Part shown: piece after piece, positions 13,808-27,978 of the stretch
Layout: each line of letters starts with the position of its first letter
Position numbering within the stretch: the first letter of the stretch is position 1
DNA from: Eledone cirrhosa
Taxonomy: Eukaryota
Length of the DNA: 64,000 nucleotides
Direction of reading: 5' to 3'
Assembly (NCBI GenBank): GCA_964016885.1
Contig: OZ024745.1
Coordinates: forward strand, 23,994,001-24,058,000
Notes under the pieces: model-generated
Databases searched by the model: none
What the model was told of the DNA's origin: nothing
The model's input: only the letters and a program-made list of their open reading frames with translations
Translations under genes and position numbers: made by a program

Positions 13808-15733
13808 CTTTTGGTTTTATAATTTCACAAAGTTTTACCAATAGAGAGAGAGTCGGTTTCTAACATAGACACAAGACTCTCTCATTGGAATTTACACAAC
13901 ATCAACTAGGTAGATATGTATGTATGCATGCATGTGTAGATATGGATGTTATTGTATGTGTGGATGTGGATGTTTTGAGTTGTATGTGTACATGTGTATA
14001 TGCTTTGAATCTGTACATGTGTATATGCAGTTATTAGATGGAAAAGTTTTGGAATGTTTTACATATTTTTACTGTTCCATTAATGGATTGTACTTATAAT
14101 TTCCTAACTAGTTGTGTTCTTTCTGTTCCTGTGAAGCCTAGCTTCTCAAGATTTGTATTGAGGCAGTTACTAACATACCCCAGTGCCCCAATAATCACAG
14201 GCATAAATCTGAAGGTGTAATCAGGGTGGAGTATCTGCAGATTTCTCATCAATTCGGCATAAATATTCTCCTTTTCACTAATCTTTGATATTATATTGGC
14301 ATTTGCTGGGCAGCTAATTTCCACTACTGTGCATGCTTTCTTCTCCCTGTCCCATATAATAATATCTGGTCTGTTATGCCTGCATTTTATTGGGGTTTTT
14401 ACTGGAACATTCCACCAGTACTCTTTCATATTATGTACATGGATGTCTTCTACATTGCTGTAGCTTTTAATGTGTTTATTATCGGGGCTATCTTTTTTAC
14501 GAACTGCATTGTACAGTGTTTTGGCCACTACATCATGCCTCATAGGTAGATAGTACCGCGATGACATATTTGGACAGCTGCTGATGACATGGGTGATATC
14601 CTCGAAAAATAGTTCTGCAGAGTCTGCACTTGTTATCACCACTAGGTGTTTTGCCTGCATCTCTATTTTATTTTGTGAATCAGGTATTTCGTGTTAATCT
14701 CCTGTTCCTGGATTGCAAAAGCGTATCCTTCAAAGTGGGAGCCAATATAGTGGTTGTTGGTCCAAGATAGACTACTTTCCTTATCTATATTACTCTCACT
14801 CTGGAGCTTCCTGGCAACATATCCATGCATGATTTTTTGCTGACAAGCATGCAGTTTTTCATCCATGGATTCACTGCCATACTGCTGAGCGACATCCCTG
14901 GGTGTGAGTTTTTGATTATCACACAGGGAATATCTCTCGAGGAGTTCCTTCCCAACTCTCATGATCTTATCTGTTTCATGCAGATAGACTTGCTCGAGAA
15001 ACGGGCTCCTACGCTTCGAGGTTCGTAGATGTCGGAGAGATATGATGCGACATTCAAATGTTGTCTGGACTGATGTTAGGCCTCTCCCTCCCTGCTTACG
15101 TTTCAAGTAAAGGCGGTCTATGTCACTGTTGATGTGGAAGTTTCCGGTGTTGTTCAGTATTTTTCGAGTTCCAACATCAACTGCTCGGATTTCGTCTATC
15201 GTCCAATTGAGTATTCCAAACGTTGGTGTTAGGACAGGCACAGCAAACACATTGTGAGACACTGTTTTGTTTTGCGCAGAGAGTTCCGATGACCAGATCT
15301 TTTTTAATCGGGTGTAGTATTCCTGGTTACGCGTTCTTTATTACAGATACCATTATAGGATATGTTCTCATCTATCCCCAGGTATCTGTAGCAGTCCGCA
15401 TCAAATATCGGTGAAACAGTTAGGCCATTGATGACAATGTTGCTAGATTGGGTTGTTGTTTTTCCCCGCTTTACAGTCATGTATGAGCATTTATCTTGGC
15501 CAAACTCCATTCCTATATCCTTTGAGAACGTTGTAACAGGGTCAAGATTTTTCTTCATCTCATCCATGTTCTTGGCATAGAGTTTCAAATCGTCCACAAA
15601 GAAATTATGGGTTAGGTTCGTATTTCTGTCCTCCTGTGACGTATCCCTCACATTTCTTGAGCAGGAAGGACAAAGGGTTTAATGACAAGATGAATAATAT
15701 CACAGAGAGACTGTCTCCCTGAAATATACCCCT
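13808..15733 (-). mobile_element. 5'-truncated, frameshifted R4/Dong-like non-LTR retrotransposon (RT + CCHC + RLE endonuclease)
   Basis: Fragments GIFQGDSLS, FFVDDLKLYA, MEFGQDKC, YRYLGI, DRLYLKRKQGGRGL, CRLC..HVISSC, RHDVVAK, HNRPDIIIWD..VEISCP. Both ends abut (TATG)n. Confidence 0.9.
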
Positions 15734-15787
15734 GTATGTATGTATGTATGTATGTATGTATGTATGTATGTATGTATGTATGACGCA

Positions 15788-16183
15788 TTAGCCTTTGTCA
15801 AGGCAGAATTCTAGGAGAAGGAAAACTCTGATATAACACCTGCAACCCTGATGGTATCCAATGATGTTGACTTGTTCTTCTTTTTGGTAAATATCATCTT
15901 GGTTAAGAGAGTGGGACTGGCTTTGTGCAGTGCCTTTGCTCACTATAAAAGCTTCACGGCACAGGCATTGCTTTATATCTGGAGATCTCTCTGCACTTGT
16001 CATCACATGGTAACATGGGCCCAGCACTATGTGTCTATAATTGTTACAAGTGTAGTGTTTGTACCAGAGTTTTCAAGTCGCTGGCTGGACTAAAAAGTCA
16101 CACTTGTTTAGCGCATCGGTAGGGGTTCTCCTACATGGATATAAAGTAGTGGCCGTACTCGAAAACGAGTTGGCAGCCACCAT
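15788..16183 (+). mobile_element. Second, diverged copy of the (TATG)n-embedded repeat
   Basis: Shares motifs with 13515-13795; pure (TATG)n on both sides. Confidence 0.55.
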
Positions 16184-16539
16184 GTATGTATGTATGTATG
16201 TATGTATGTATGTATGTATGTATGTATGTATGTATGTATGTATGTATGTATGTATGTCTTTATGTATGTATACAATCCTTTATGTGTATATGAATTTGTG
16301 TACGTAGGCATATACGTATGTGCTTGTGCATATGCTTGTATGCGTAAATATGCGCATGTATAATGTATCTGTGATAAAAATATACATATATGCATTTATA
16401 TGGCACAGTTTATAAAATTAATTCAACGTATAAGAGTTCTAGAATTAATCAGGCATTATTCAATTTCTACATGTCCGGCAATTTACGTCATTACCCTCCT
16501 CTCTCTACCTTTTGCCGATTTCACTTTGAATACTGATGA

Positions 16540-16760
16540 CCAATATGTTCTCTTCCTCTCACACAATATTATTTAATATTACGGCAGATTTAACTTACCT
16601 TAATTGGCTCTGCTCTCTTAAACATAATATCAAAGCACACCAAGGAAGAAACGACCCCACAGCCTTCAAACGCTAACTTGATAAATACCTTCAAGAAATA
16701 CCAGATTAACAACCTACACACTGATATATTTCGGCCAAACGTTCCCTCCTCGAGCGGTTT
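16540..16760 (+). pseudogene. CR1-group LINE extreme 3' fragment
   Basis: Broken translation GSALLNII...AFKR*LDKYLQEIPD resembles the CR1 ORF2 terminus (GP.LFN.LP...FK..LD.FL..IPD.P). Confidence 0.5.
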
Positions 16761-17206
16761 ACGGTTTCCCAAGATATCACTTAAATATGAAATAGAGTTA
16801 AAAAGACTTCACCAGGTGGTACTATGGAATTAGATATAGCCTGGTACCACTAAAAGTTATTAGATTTATCAAAGATACATCATACATGCGTACATTCACG
16901 TATACAAGTATATGCACAAGCACATACGTATATGCCTACGTACACAAATTCATATACACTTACAGAATTATATATATGCATGCATACATATATATAGATA
17001 CATACATACATACACACATACATACATACATGTATATATACATATACACATACAAATATGCATGCATACAAGCATACATACATACATACATGCATACATG
17101 GATACATACGTATATACATACACACATAGATGCATGCAAGCATACATACATTCATACTTGTAAACATACATGAATACATATATATATGAATGCATACATA
17201 CATAAA

Positions 17207-18905
17207 TTCTCAAAGGATATAGGAATAGAGGTTGGCCAAGATAAATGTTCATATATGACTGTAAAGTTGGGAAAAACTACAACTCTAGCAACATTGTCAT
17301 CAATGGCCTAACTGTTTCACCGATATCTGATGAGGACTGCTACAGATACCTGGGGATAGATGAGAATATATCCTATAATGGTATCTGTAATAAAGAACGC
17401 GTAACCAGGGAATACTACACCCGATTAAGAAAGATCTGGTCATCGGAACTCTCTGCGCAAAACAAAACAGTGGCTCACAATGTGTTTTCCATACATGTCC
17501 TAACACCAACGTTTGGAATATTCGATTGGACGATAGAATAAAACCGAGCAGTTGATGTTAAAATTCGAAAAATTCTAAACAACACCGGAAACTTCCATAT
17601 CAGCAGTGACATAGACCGCCTTTACTTGAAACGTAAGCAGATAGGGAGAGGCCTAACATCAGTCCAGACAACATTTGAATGTCGCATCATATCTCTCCGA
17701 CAACATGTACGAACCTCTAAGCGTAGGAGCCCCTCTCTTGAGCAAGTCTATCTGCATGAAACAGATAAGATCATGAGAGTTGGGAAGGGACTCCTCGAGA
17801 GATATTTCCTGTGTGATAATCAAAAACACACACCCAGGGAAGTCGCTCAGCAGTATCGCAGTGAATTCATGGATGAAAAACTGCATGCCTATCAGCAAAA
17901 AATCATGCATGGATATGTTGCCAGGAAGCTCCAGAGTGAGAGTAATATAGATAAGGAAAGTAGTCTATCTTGGACCAACAACCGCTATATTGGCTCCCAC
18001 TTTGAAGGATAGGCTTTTGCAATCCAAGAACATGAAATTAAAACGAAATACCTGATTCATAAAAGAGATAGGATGCAGGCAAAACACCTAGATGTGATAA
18101 CAAGTGCAGACTCTGCAGAATTAACATCTAGGATATCACCCATGTCATCAACAGCTGTCCAAATATGTCATCGCGGTACTATCTACCTATGAGGCACGAT
18201 GTAGTGGCCAAAATACTCTATAATGTAATCCGTAGGAAAGATAGCCCCGATAATAAACACTTTAAAAGCTATAGCAATGTGGAAGACATCCATATAAATA
18301 ATATGAAAGAGTACTGGTGGAATGTTCCAGTAAAAACCCCAATAAAATACTGGCATAACAGACCAGATATTATTATATGGGACAGGGAGAAGAAAGCTGC
18401 CCAGCAAATGCCAATATAATTTCAAAGATTAGCGAAAAGGAGAATATTTATGCAGAACTGATGAGAGATCTGCAGATACTCCACCCTGATTACACCTTCA
18501 GATTTATGCCTGTTATCATTGTGGCACTGGGGTATGTTAGTAACTGCCTCAATACAAATCTTGAGAAGCTAGGCTTCACAGGAACAGAAAGAACACAACT
18601 AGTTAGGAAATTAGAAGTACAATCCATTAATGGAACAGTAAAAATATGTAAAACATTCCAAAAATGTTGCATCTAATAACTGCATATACACATGTACAGA
18701 TACAAAGCATATACACATGCACACATGAACTCAAAACATACACATCCACACATACAATAGCATCCATATTTACACATGCATGCAGGCATGCATATATAAT
18801 CTACCTAGTTGATGTTGTGTAAATTCCAATGAGAGAGTCTTGTGACTATGTTAGAAACCGACTCTCTCTATTGGTAAAAATTTGTGAAATTATAAAACCA
18901 GAACA
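17207..18905 (+). mobile_element. Second 5'-truncated R4/Dong-like copy, inverted relative to the first
   Basis: Colinear, highly similar reverse complement of 13808-15528 with independent stops and frameshifts. 3' end TATAAAACCAGAA(CATA)n; 5' end follows (CATA)n. Confidence 0.9.
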
Positions 18906-19662
18906 TACATACAAACATACATTCGTACATACATATAAGTATACATACATGCACATCAACATGACATACATATATATTCATATAGCAACAAGTTATTTTT
19001 TCGGAATATCAGCAAGGGATTCCCTGGTGTTTTGTGTAAAATCCCAATAACAGACCTTGTTTGTTAAAGAATCACTCGTTCCTTCTTAAAGACATTTAAA
19101 CCTTAAAAAAACAACACAAAAACATACTCCATTTTAACAATTTTCCAAATCACATTTTGGTTATTTTTTGTCTTTTTCGTTTGCTTTCCATATTTTATTT
19201 ATTTATTTGTTTATTTGTTTATTTGTTTATTTATTTATTTATTTATTTATTGAAATGAATTGTTTTTCCTATTTTGTGAAATGGTGAAAGGAATTGATTT
19301 ACATTTCAGGATATTTTTATTTCCTTTGTCTAGTGTTTCGTCTATTTTTACCTTCTTTCTTTCTTTCTTCCTTCCTTCCTTTCTTTCTTTCTTACTTTCT
19401 TTCTTTCTTTTTTCTTTCTCTCTTTCTTTTTTCCATTCTTTCTTTCTTCCGTTCTTTCTTTCTTTATTTATGTTTTCTTTCATTTTTTTGTTATTATTCC
19501 TTCAATTTTCTTCTTTATTTTCTTCTGCTTTGAAGAAGGAGAATTACCATTAAGAGGAAATGGAATGAAAACATGGCGGGGAGATGAATAGGAGCAACAG
19601 TATGGCGGGTGGGGTGTTAAAGATAGATACATGACATGGTGTGTTATATGCTCAAATATATA

Positions 19663-20527
19663 CGAGGTGTGTCAGAAAAGATCCAGGACTGATGTCACAA
19701 AAAATTTATTTCAAACCCAAATTTTACACTAAGAGTTTTCTCCTTCAAAGTAATCCCCCTGGAGTCTAATGCACTTTTCCATCCTTTTCTGCCACGCTTG
19801 CATGCACTCCTGGAAGGATTGTTCCGGGATCCTCCGCAGTTCTGTCGTCACGGCCTTTTTGATGTCGCCCACGTCTTTAAAACGGCTCCCCTCCGGGTCG
19901 TACTCGAAGATCCATGACTCATCACCGGTGATGACTGTCCCTAGCAAGTCTGGCTCGGTTTCAAGACGTCCGAGGATATCCTGGCATATTTGAATGCGTC
20001 GAACCTTCTGATCATCGTTCAGCAGCTTTGGCACCATCTTCGTGCAGACTTTCCGCATGTCCAAATCTTCAGTGAGAATCTTCCAGGCGCTGTTCCGATT
20101 CATGCCCAGCTCATTTGCCATCAGTTGAACAGTCAACCGACGATCGCTACGCACCATCTGCCTGACGCGCTCAACGTTGACCTCAGTCCTGGTTGTTAAG
20201 GGCCTTCCACTCCTGGGGTCATCTTGCACCACTCAAAAACACGTGAGCGTGACATCGTCTCATCTCCATACACTTGCTGCAGCAATCCCAGTGCTTCTGA
20301 CGGAGTTTTCAAGTTTGTTCGTTGCTCTGTGCTCATTGCGTGACGACCTGAAACAGAGGACATGTATATAAAATTATGAAGAAAAAAGTTTGATCGCTGC
20401 AGAGAGCTAAGATTACAGTTACATACTCCAGGGGGATTACTTTGAAGGAGAAAACTCTTACTGTGAAGTTTGGGTTTGAAATAAATCTTTTGTGACATCT
20501 GTCCTGGAACTTTTCTGACACACCTCG
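19663..20527 (-). mobile_element. Internally deleted mariner (Tc1/mariner) DNA transposon
   Basis: TA|CGAGGTGTGTCAGAAAAG...CTTTTCTGACACACCTCG|TA with inverted repeats of about 103 bp. Transposase motifs DDPRSGRP, DRRLTV, KMVPKLL, ITGDESWIFEYDPE are joined directly to the C-terminal GSRF..GDYFEG, so most of the DDD domain is deleted. Confidence 0.93.
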
Positions 20528-20673
20528 TATATGTATATATGTATGCATATATCTATATCCATATCTATCTATCGATATGCATACATACGTACATACACAC
20601 ATCATACATACATACACAGACACACACAGACAAGTATATATATATACATCTACACACCCATCGTACCCACACA

Positions 20674-20761
<88 letters not shown>

Positions 20762-21626
20762 CATATATATATATATATAAATATATATATACAATATGTG
20801 TATACATGTGTATGTATATATACAATATGTGTATACATGTATGTATATATATATATATATATATATACATACATGTATACACACGTACACATACATATAT
20901 ACGTGTGTGTGTATAAACACGATATGGTTGACGTACCACGCATTGGAAAATTTCAAATTTGAAAATATAATCACCATTAGTTGATGACTATACATAATAG
21001 TGGAATAAATCGGGTAAATCACCCCTAGAGACAGTACAAATAGACAGAGATGACTAGGGCTTTATTATGTATCACGCTGTGATAGTACTGATGCTTATTA
21101 AATCTAGTCGTTTAAGCTCTCACAATATTCAAATGTGCATTTCTCACAGATATGTTATGGCAACATGTATATAAGCTATAGTTTATTCTAGTCTCTGCAT
21201 TGAATTAAGAAAATGCCAAAGATCGCGGAAAAATACAGAAACACGTGTCTGGCGTTTTTACATGTCTATTGAGATATCTTTTACATGATCATAGCTTAAA
21301 ACATTCAGACCGAGTCTTATATATGAATATTATACATAAACGTATCGTACATGTCTTCATATATGTCTCTATCATTTACTCGAGTTATTCAACTATTATC
21401 TATACTTATCTGCATGCGACAACTAGATCCATTTCAAACATATATTTCATATTTTCTAACTTTATGTTCACCGTGTTCTTTACTCTGAGTTATCTTCCTT
21501 TGTTGTATGTCTATGTCTATATATCTACTCATATACATCTCTCTCTACCCCCCCCCCCCTCTCTTTCTCTCTCTCTCTCTCTCCTTCGTACACTCGCTGA
21601 TAAACTTTTATACAGATACGCATACT

Positions 21627-21711
<85 letters not shown>

Positions 21712-22244
21712 CCGCGTGCGTGTTTTAAGCTATATAAACATACGCAGACATATACCCACACGTATATACACAATGGTTGTGATAATGTTAAGGGTAGTGG
21801 CGGAAACTCTCGAGAGATGTTAGTTATCGCAAAAGAAGCTGGCAAGGAAGGCCATACAAGAATATATATATTATATAGATGAATGTATGGGAAACGAAAA
21901 ATATTAATGATAAATGAAAACATAAATAAAGAAATAATTTTGGAATAGATGATGTGAAAACTAGAAGACAAATTGACGTAGATGGAGGGGGAAATGGCAA
22001 ACATAAGACGTGAAAGAGGAAAATATAAATGATAAGAATAGAAATAAAGAACTCAGTTATACAGAAGTGAAGTGAGAAAATATATGCAAAATATATATAT
22101 ATAAAAAAAAAAACCCCGAAAAATTAACGAATAATTTTGGATCGACGCAGATGTGTTAGTGAAATGCTAATGGAGGAAATATGCTCGTGAAAACAAAATG
22201 GCTGGAAAATGATTGTGGAAGTATTTTTGTAAAAAGATGGCCGA

Positions 22245-22277
<33 letters not shown>

Positions 22278-22345
22278 AAGCAACGAAAAACAAACTAAAG
22301 AAATTAAAAATATTTTTTAAAATATTATTCCCTGAATGATAGAAA

Positions 22346-22401
<56 letters not shown>

Positions 22402-22883
22402 ACGTATACTTTCATTTCTTTTATGAAAGTCATGAAAAATAGATAAACAATATAAAAGATAAGAAATGTAAGGGGAAATAAATAATAATAAAGAAAATAA
22501 AGAAAATACACAATAAATATAATTCATGAAATGATTTCGTCAAAATATAAAAATATATAAATAAATATAAAAAAAAGAAGATGGCGTAAAAATAATGTAA
22601 ACAAAGACAAACGATATAACAAAAACAACAAACAACAAGAAAACAAGAAAACAAGAAAACAAGAAAAAATCCAACAAAAAAAGAAACAGAACTGAAGATT
22701 TGGTAAATATATCGTCTGATATGTTTGCATAATGTTTGTTGGGTTTCTTTTCAATAAGTCAGAGAAGCCCTACATTTTACGGCATCGAGAAAGACGGAAA
22801 TTTCGAAGTTCTGATGTTCACACCACTTTTCTAAAGCTTTAAAAAGAGATGTTGTTGTCATCGTCGTTGTCTGCTCGTTATCA

Positions 22884-22927
22884 CTCTTCTTCTTCTTCTT
22901 CTTCTTCTTCTTCTTCTTCTTCTTCTT

Positions 22928-22958
<31 letters not shown>

Positions 22959-23205
22959 TTTTTATTTTTATTTTTATTTTTATTTTTATTTTTATTTTTA
23001 TTTTTATTTTTATTTTTATTTTTATTTTTATTTTTATTTTTATTTTTATTTTTATTTTTATTTTTATTTTTATTTTTATTTTTATTTTTATTTTTATTTT
23101 TATTTTTATTTTTATTTTTATTTTTATTTTTATTTTTATTTTTATTTTTATTTTTCTTCTTTTCTTTTTCTTTTTCTTTTTCTTTTTCTTTTTCTTTTTC
23201 TTCTT
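22884..23205. repeat. Compound microsatellite (TCT)n-(TATTTT)n-(TTTTTC)n
   Basis: Directly visible pure arrays. Confidence 0.97.
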
Positions 23206-23897
23206 CTTGCTCCTCCTCCCCTCCTCTGGGAAAGGAATTTTGAAGTCTTCACTTTAGCCTCTGGAACCAAGGATAAGACAGTCCCTTCCATAATTTCCGG
23301 AGTTGGGCCTGGTGATCTTGCCGACATAACAGCTTCCGGGACCAGCTGCTATCGCTTGGTTCTGATACCGTCTCATATCGGGCTTTTCCGGTTCCGAAAG
23401 ACAGAAAACCCTCATGTGGCTCTTACTACCACATATGTAACTTCTGCGCTTTCTGTTCTACACCACCAGTCTCATAGTTTTTCTTTCTGCGTTCACGACG
23501 GGGTACAGCTCCAAAAAATAGTTTGTTGACGTGAGTGGTCATTAGAACTTGTACGGGCATATGGTCCCCAGTCGATCACATCATTTTTATTCCCTTCAGC
23601 GCTCACCACCTTCCTGTAGAGTGTCACAAATATGACAACCAGGGAAGGGTCAACGGAATCCCAAATATCCTTTATTGTAAAGCCATTGCTGCAACTACTA
23701 AAAGAGTGGAAGTGTGTGCTCGGTTGAAGGATTGAATTTGCTTTCATTTTACGGTTTATTTTCATTGCTTGTTTTTGTTCGTTCTTTTTTTTTTTTTTGT
23801 TACGCTGAAGCCATTTTGTTTGTTTACTAGAGTTAATTATTTTTTCTTACCGAATTAAAGTCACATTTTCCTCAAAATGGGGAAAATTTAATCCATT

Positions 23898-24077
23898 TAA
23901 TTGTTTCTACTTTAGGCACAAGGCCAGCAATTACCCAGTGCCTTACTGGTACTTTATTTTATCGAGCCCGTAAGGATGAAAGGCAAAGTGAACCTCGGCG
24001 GGATTTGAACTCAGATCGTAAAGGGACGTAACTATGCTGGAAAGCATGGCGTCCGATCCTCTACCGATACTGCCAAT
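23898..24077 (-). mobile_element. tRNA-derived SINE, major family
   Basis: Reverse complement contains B-box-like GAGTTCAAATCC, core TTTGCCTTTCATCCTTACGGG..CGATAAAATAAAGTACCAGT and tail GGCCTTGTGCCTAAAGTAGAAACAATTA. Confidence 0.85.
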
Positions 24078-24159
24078 GAATTTCAATAAGCGGCTGATTG
24101 GCAAAGTTAATAGGGTGCTGGATTACACGCTTCACTATTTAAATAAATAAATAAATAAT

Positions 24160-25120
24160 AATGGTTTCTTATTTAAGCACAAGGCCAACAATTTTGTGCG
24201 ATGGGAAAATCGATTACATCGACCCCAGTGCGTTAGTGCTACTTTAATTTATTGACCCTGTAGGTATGAAAGGCCAAGCTAACTCGGAACGTAAAGGGCC
24301 GTAACTATATGCCACAAATCATGTTGTCCGACGCTCTACCGACACTGCCAATCCATCAAATAATAATGTTGAGTGTCGGACAAAATGATTTACCATATTT
24401 AGCTACGACTTTCTTACGTCCTGAGTTCAAATCTGGCCGCGGTCATCCTTCTGGCGTCAATACAATCACCTTCCTCCTACTCTTAAATTGTTGGCCTTGT
24501 GCTAACGTTACTAGGAATAATCATTTCAAAGAAAGAAAAACCATTGTAGAGTGCAAGACAAAATCATTTCTGGTGTGTATTTACGTTACTTCATGCATTC
24601 AAACCCCGCCGAGATCAATGTTTCCATTTATTCTCAACTGAGCATGACAAAATAAAGCTCCACTAAAGTACTAGTGTTAATATAAACTACTACAGTACTC
24701 CTCCAAAAGATATGTGGCCTTCTTTCTATGTTAGGAAATTACAGTGCACTTTCTATTGGCCAAATGTGTTGGGAGTAAAATATGCTTTGCAGTATTGGGC
24801 CTCTTTATGTTCTGAGTTCTGAGTTCAAATCCTACCGAGGTCAACTTTACCTTTCATCCGTCTGGGGTCAATAAGATAAAGTGTAGTTAAGTACTGGAAT
24901 TGGTATAATCGACTTTTCCCTTCCCCAGATTGCTTGTACTAATATTGTTTTCTGATTTAGGAACAAAGTCACCAATTTTGGTAGGAGGAGAAATCGATTA
25001 AATCCACCCCAGTGCATTACTGCTACTTTATTTTATCGACCTCATAAGGATGAAAGCTAAAGCTAATCTTGACAGGGTTTCAACTCTATGCCATAAAGTA
25101 TGTTGTCCAACACGCTCTAC
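24160..25120. mobile_element. Cluster of older diverged SINE copies in both orientations
   Basis: Diverged copies at about 24160-24355 (-), 24370-24520 (+), 24780-24930 (+) and 24945-25120 (-). Confidence 0.65.
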
Positions 25121-25996
25121 ATTGTCCCCTTAAAGAAAGAATACAGTTATAAAATAAGAAGAGTTGAAATTAAAGCATGCAAGATTTCACAGCACTAGCA
25201 TCACTCCTTAATTAGCTTATGAACTTTTCAACCGACCCTCATATTTCAGTTTCATTTCCAGTAGAAAATATATTAATATAAGAAAACTACTGGGATTCGG
25301 TTGTTTAATCTGTGTATAAATATCCACGTTACAGTGTAAAACAAACAATTTCAATTATCTGTATGTCTAATATGTGTTAAACAGTTATAACATCAATGGT
25401 AGGATACATCACGAAACATGAGCACGGGATTTATACTCAGAAAACCATAAACCGCTAGTCTAATATCTTATCAACTCCACCATTTTACCTTTAACATATT
25501 TCGATACCCAATAATTTGATCGATCCATTGGGAAAGATTTCGGCTCAAGTGTGTGTGTGTGGTTTAGGGTTAAGGAAGAAACAATATTTCAAGTCACTTT
25601 AATTAATGACAACGACGATGACGAAAATGACGATGACGATGAAGATGATGATGATGATGACGGCGATGATGATGATGATGGTGATGATGATGATAATAAC
25701 GATGAGGATGGTGATTGATGAGGATGACAATGACGATAGCTGCGATGTTGACCAAGATGGTAATAATAATAGTAATGTGACACGAAGCAGCACATTTTAT
25801 TGGAAAGAGGACGCAATCGATTATCTCGACTCAATATATTGTTTGTGCATATTTTATCGACCCCAAAATGATGGAAGGTAAAAACGACTCCAGTTGCTTC
25901 AGGTGGCGGTTATTAATACTGTATACGGTCGAATTTCCCAAGAAAAGCTGATGTCCATCAGTTACCCACACGATGTCACCTGTTTCCCACCGACGC

Positions 25997-27075
25997 CCAT
26001 CTGTTGTCAGTCTGTTGCCCACATGGTCCCTACATAACCTCATCTGGTCCACCCAAGGCCCATCTGTTGTCCGTCTGTTGCCCACATGGTCCATACATAA
26101 CCTCATCAGATGTCCACCGAGGGCTTATCTGTTGTCCGACTGTTGCCCACATGGTCCCTACATAACCTCATCTGATTTCCACGCAAGGCTCATCTGTTGT
26201 CCGTCTGTTGCCCACATGGTCCCTACATAACCTCATCTGGTCCACCCAAGGCTCACCTGTTGTCCGTCTGTTGCCCACATGGTCCCTACATAACCTCATC
26301 TGGTCCACCCGGAGGCTCACCTGTTGTCCGTCTGTTGCCCACATGGTCTCTACATAACCTCATCTGGTTCACCCAAGGTCATCTGTTGTCCGTCTGTTGC
26401 CCACATGGTCCCTATATAACCTCATCTGGTCCACCCAAGGTCATCTGTTGTCCGTCTGTTGCCCACATGGTCCCTACATAACTTCATCTGGTCCACCCAA
26501 GGTCATCTGTTGTCCGTCTGTTGCCCACATGGTCCCTACATAACTTCATCTGGTCCACCCAAGTCGCATCTGTTGTCCGTCTGTTGCCCACATGGTCCCT
26601 ACATAACCTCATCTGGTCCACCCAAGTCGCATCTGTTGTCCGTCTGTTGCCCACATGGTCTCTACATAACCTCATCTGGTCCACCCAAGGTCATCTGTTG
26701 TCAGTCTGTTGCCCACATGGTCCCTATATAACCTCATCTGGTCCACCCAAGGTCATCTGTTGTCCGTCTGTTGCCCACATGGTCCCTACATAACTTCATC
26801 TGGTCCACCCAAGATCATCTGTTGTCCGTCTGTTGCCCACATGGTCCCTACATAACCTCATCTGGTCCACCCAAGTCGCATCTGTTGTCCGTCTGTTGCC
26901 CACATGGTCCCTACATAACCTCATCTGGTCCACCCAAGTCGCATCTGTTGTCCGTCTGTTGCCCACATGGTCCCTACATAACCTCATCTGGTCCACCCAA
27001 GTCGCATCTGTTGTCCGTCTGTTGCCCACATGGTCCCTACATAACCTCATCTGGTCCACCCGAGGCTCATCTGTT
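25997..27075. repeat. 62/63-bp minisatellite, about 17 copies
   Basis: Unit CATCTGTTGTCCGTCTGTTGCCCACATGGTCCCTACATAACCTCATCTGGTCCACCCAAG(GT/TCG). Confidence 0.96.
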
Positions 27076-27626
27076 ACTCAGAACTGGGGTAACACAGCCT
27101 ACGACAGAGTAAAACAGCGAAATTGATCAAAGAAATAGGATTAGCAAAACTAGCTCTCATGATGACGACGACAATGACATCGATGATGATAACGATGACG
27201 ACGATGATGATGATAACGACGATGATGATAACGATGACGACGATTACAACGACGAGGAAGATATCGATGTTGACGATGATGATGACGAAGACTTTGACTA
27301 CGATGACTACGATGACAAAGACAACATTGATGTCAACCACACCCAGGCTCGCATTAACTTCTAAACGAAGTTCTTTCATTTCGGCACTTCAACCGTCTTT
27401 TTCTATATTCTACATATAGCCACCATCTTGTAAACTATATAATGGAAGCCTTTGTCACATGAATCTCATCAGTTTCGGAGGATCTGTGAAGACCAGAATG
27501 ATTTTGTATGACAACTACATTCATGGTTTGAATGTCTATCATCAACCCCAATAATGCACCTTATATATATATAATGAAATAAGATAACAAGGACGATTGG
27601 TTACTCCTTCATTACGTTTATTGTTT

Positions 27627-27712
27627 GTTGACGCGCGTTTCGCCACTGATCAGCTCAAGGTTCGATCTGTATCGATCTGACCCGACTCTGTAATCCGCGG
27701 CTCGTCAGACTC
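27627..27712 (-). ncRNA. Hammerhead ribozyme (inverted copy, weak stem I)
   Basis: Minus strand: CTGACGA-gccgc...gtggc-GAAA-C-GCGC-GTC. Confidence 0.7.
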
Positions 27713-27734
27713 CTTGTAATGGTAATGGAAAAGG

Positions 27735-27819
27735 GGTCTGACGAGCCACGGATTACAGAGTCGGGTCAGATCGATACAGATCGAACTTTGAGCTGATCAA
27801 TGGCGAAACGCGCGTCACC
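27735..27819 (+). ncRNA. Minimal type I hammerhead ribozyme with palindromic loop III
   Basis: ggt-CTGACGA-gcca[about 52 nt]tggc-GAAA-C-GCGC-GTC-acc. Confidence 0.88.
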
Positions 27820-27978
27820 AAACAATAAACGTAATGAAGGAGTAACCAATTGTCCTCGTTATTTTATTTCACTATAATACACTCTGTCGTCTAGCTCTAC
27901 ACCTCGACACTGAAGTGAACCTAAACATCGAGTGCTCACCCGGGTGAACCTATAGTAACTCCAAGTTACACTCCCTGG

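Noticed and set aside
23220-23765. Higher-complexity segment with short ORFs, possible host exon
   Set aside because: No recognisable protein motif or consistent frame; cannot be supported without a database search.
25997-27075. CRISPR-like regular array
   Set aside because: Units are entirely repeated with no unique spacers, there are no cas genes, and the context is eukaryotic.
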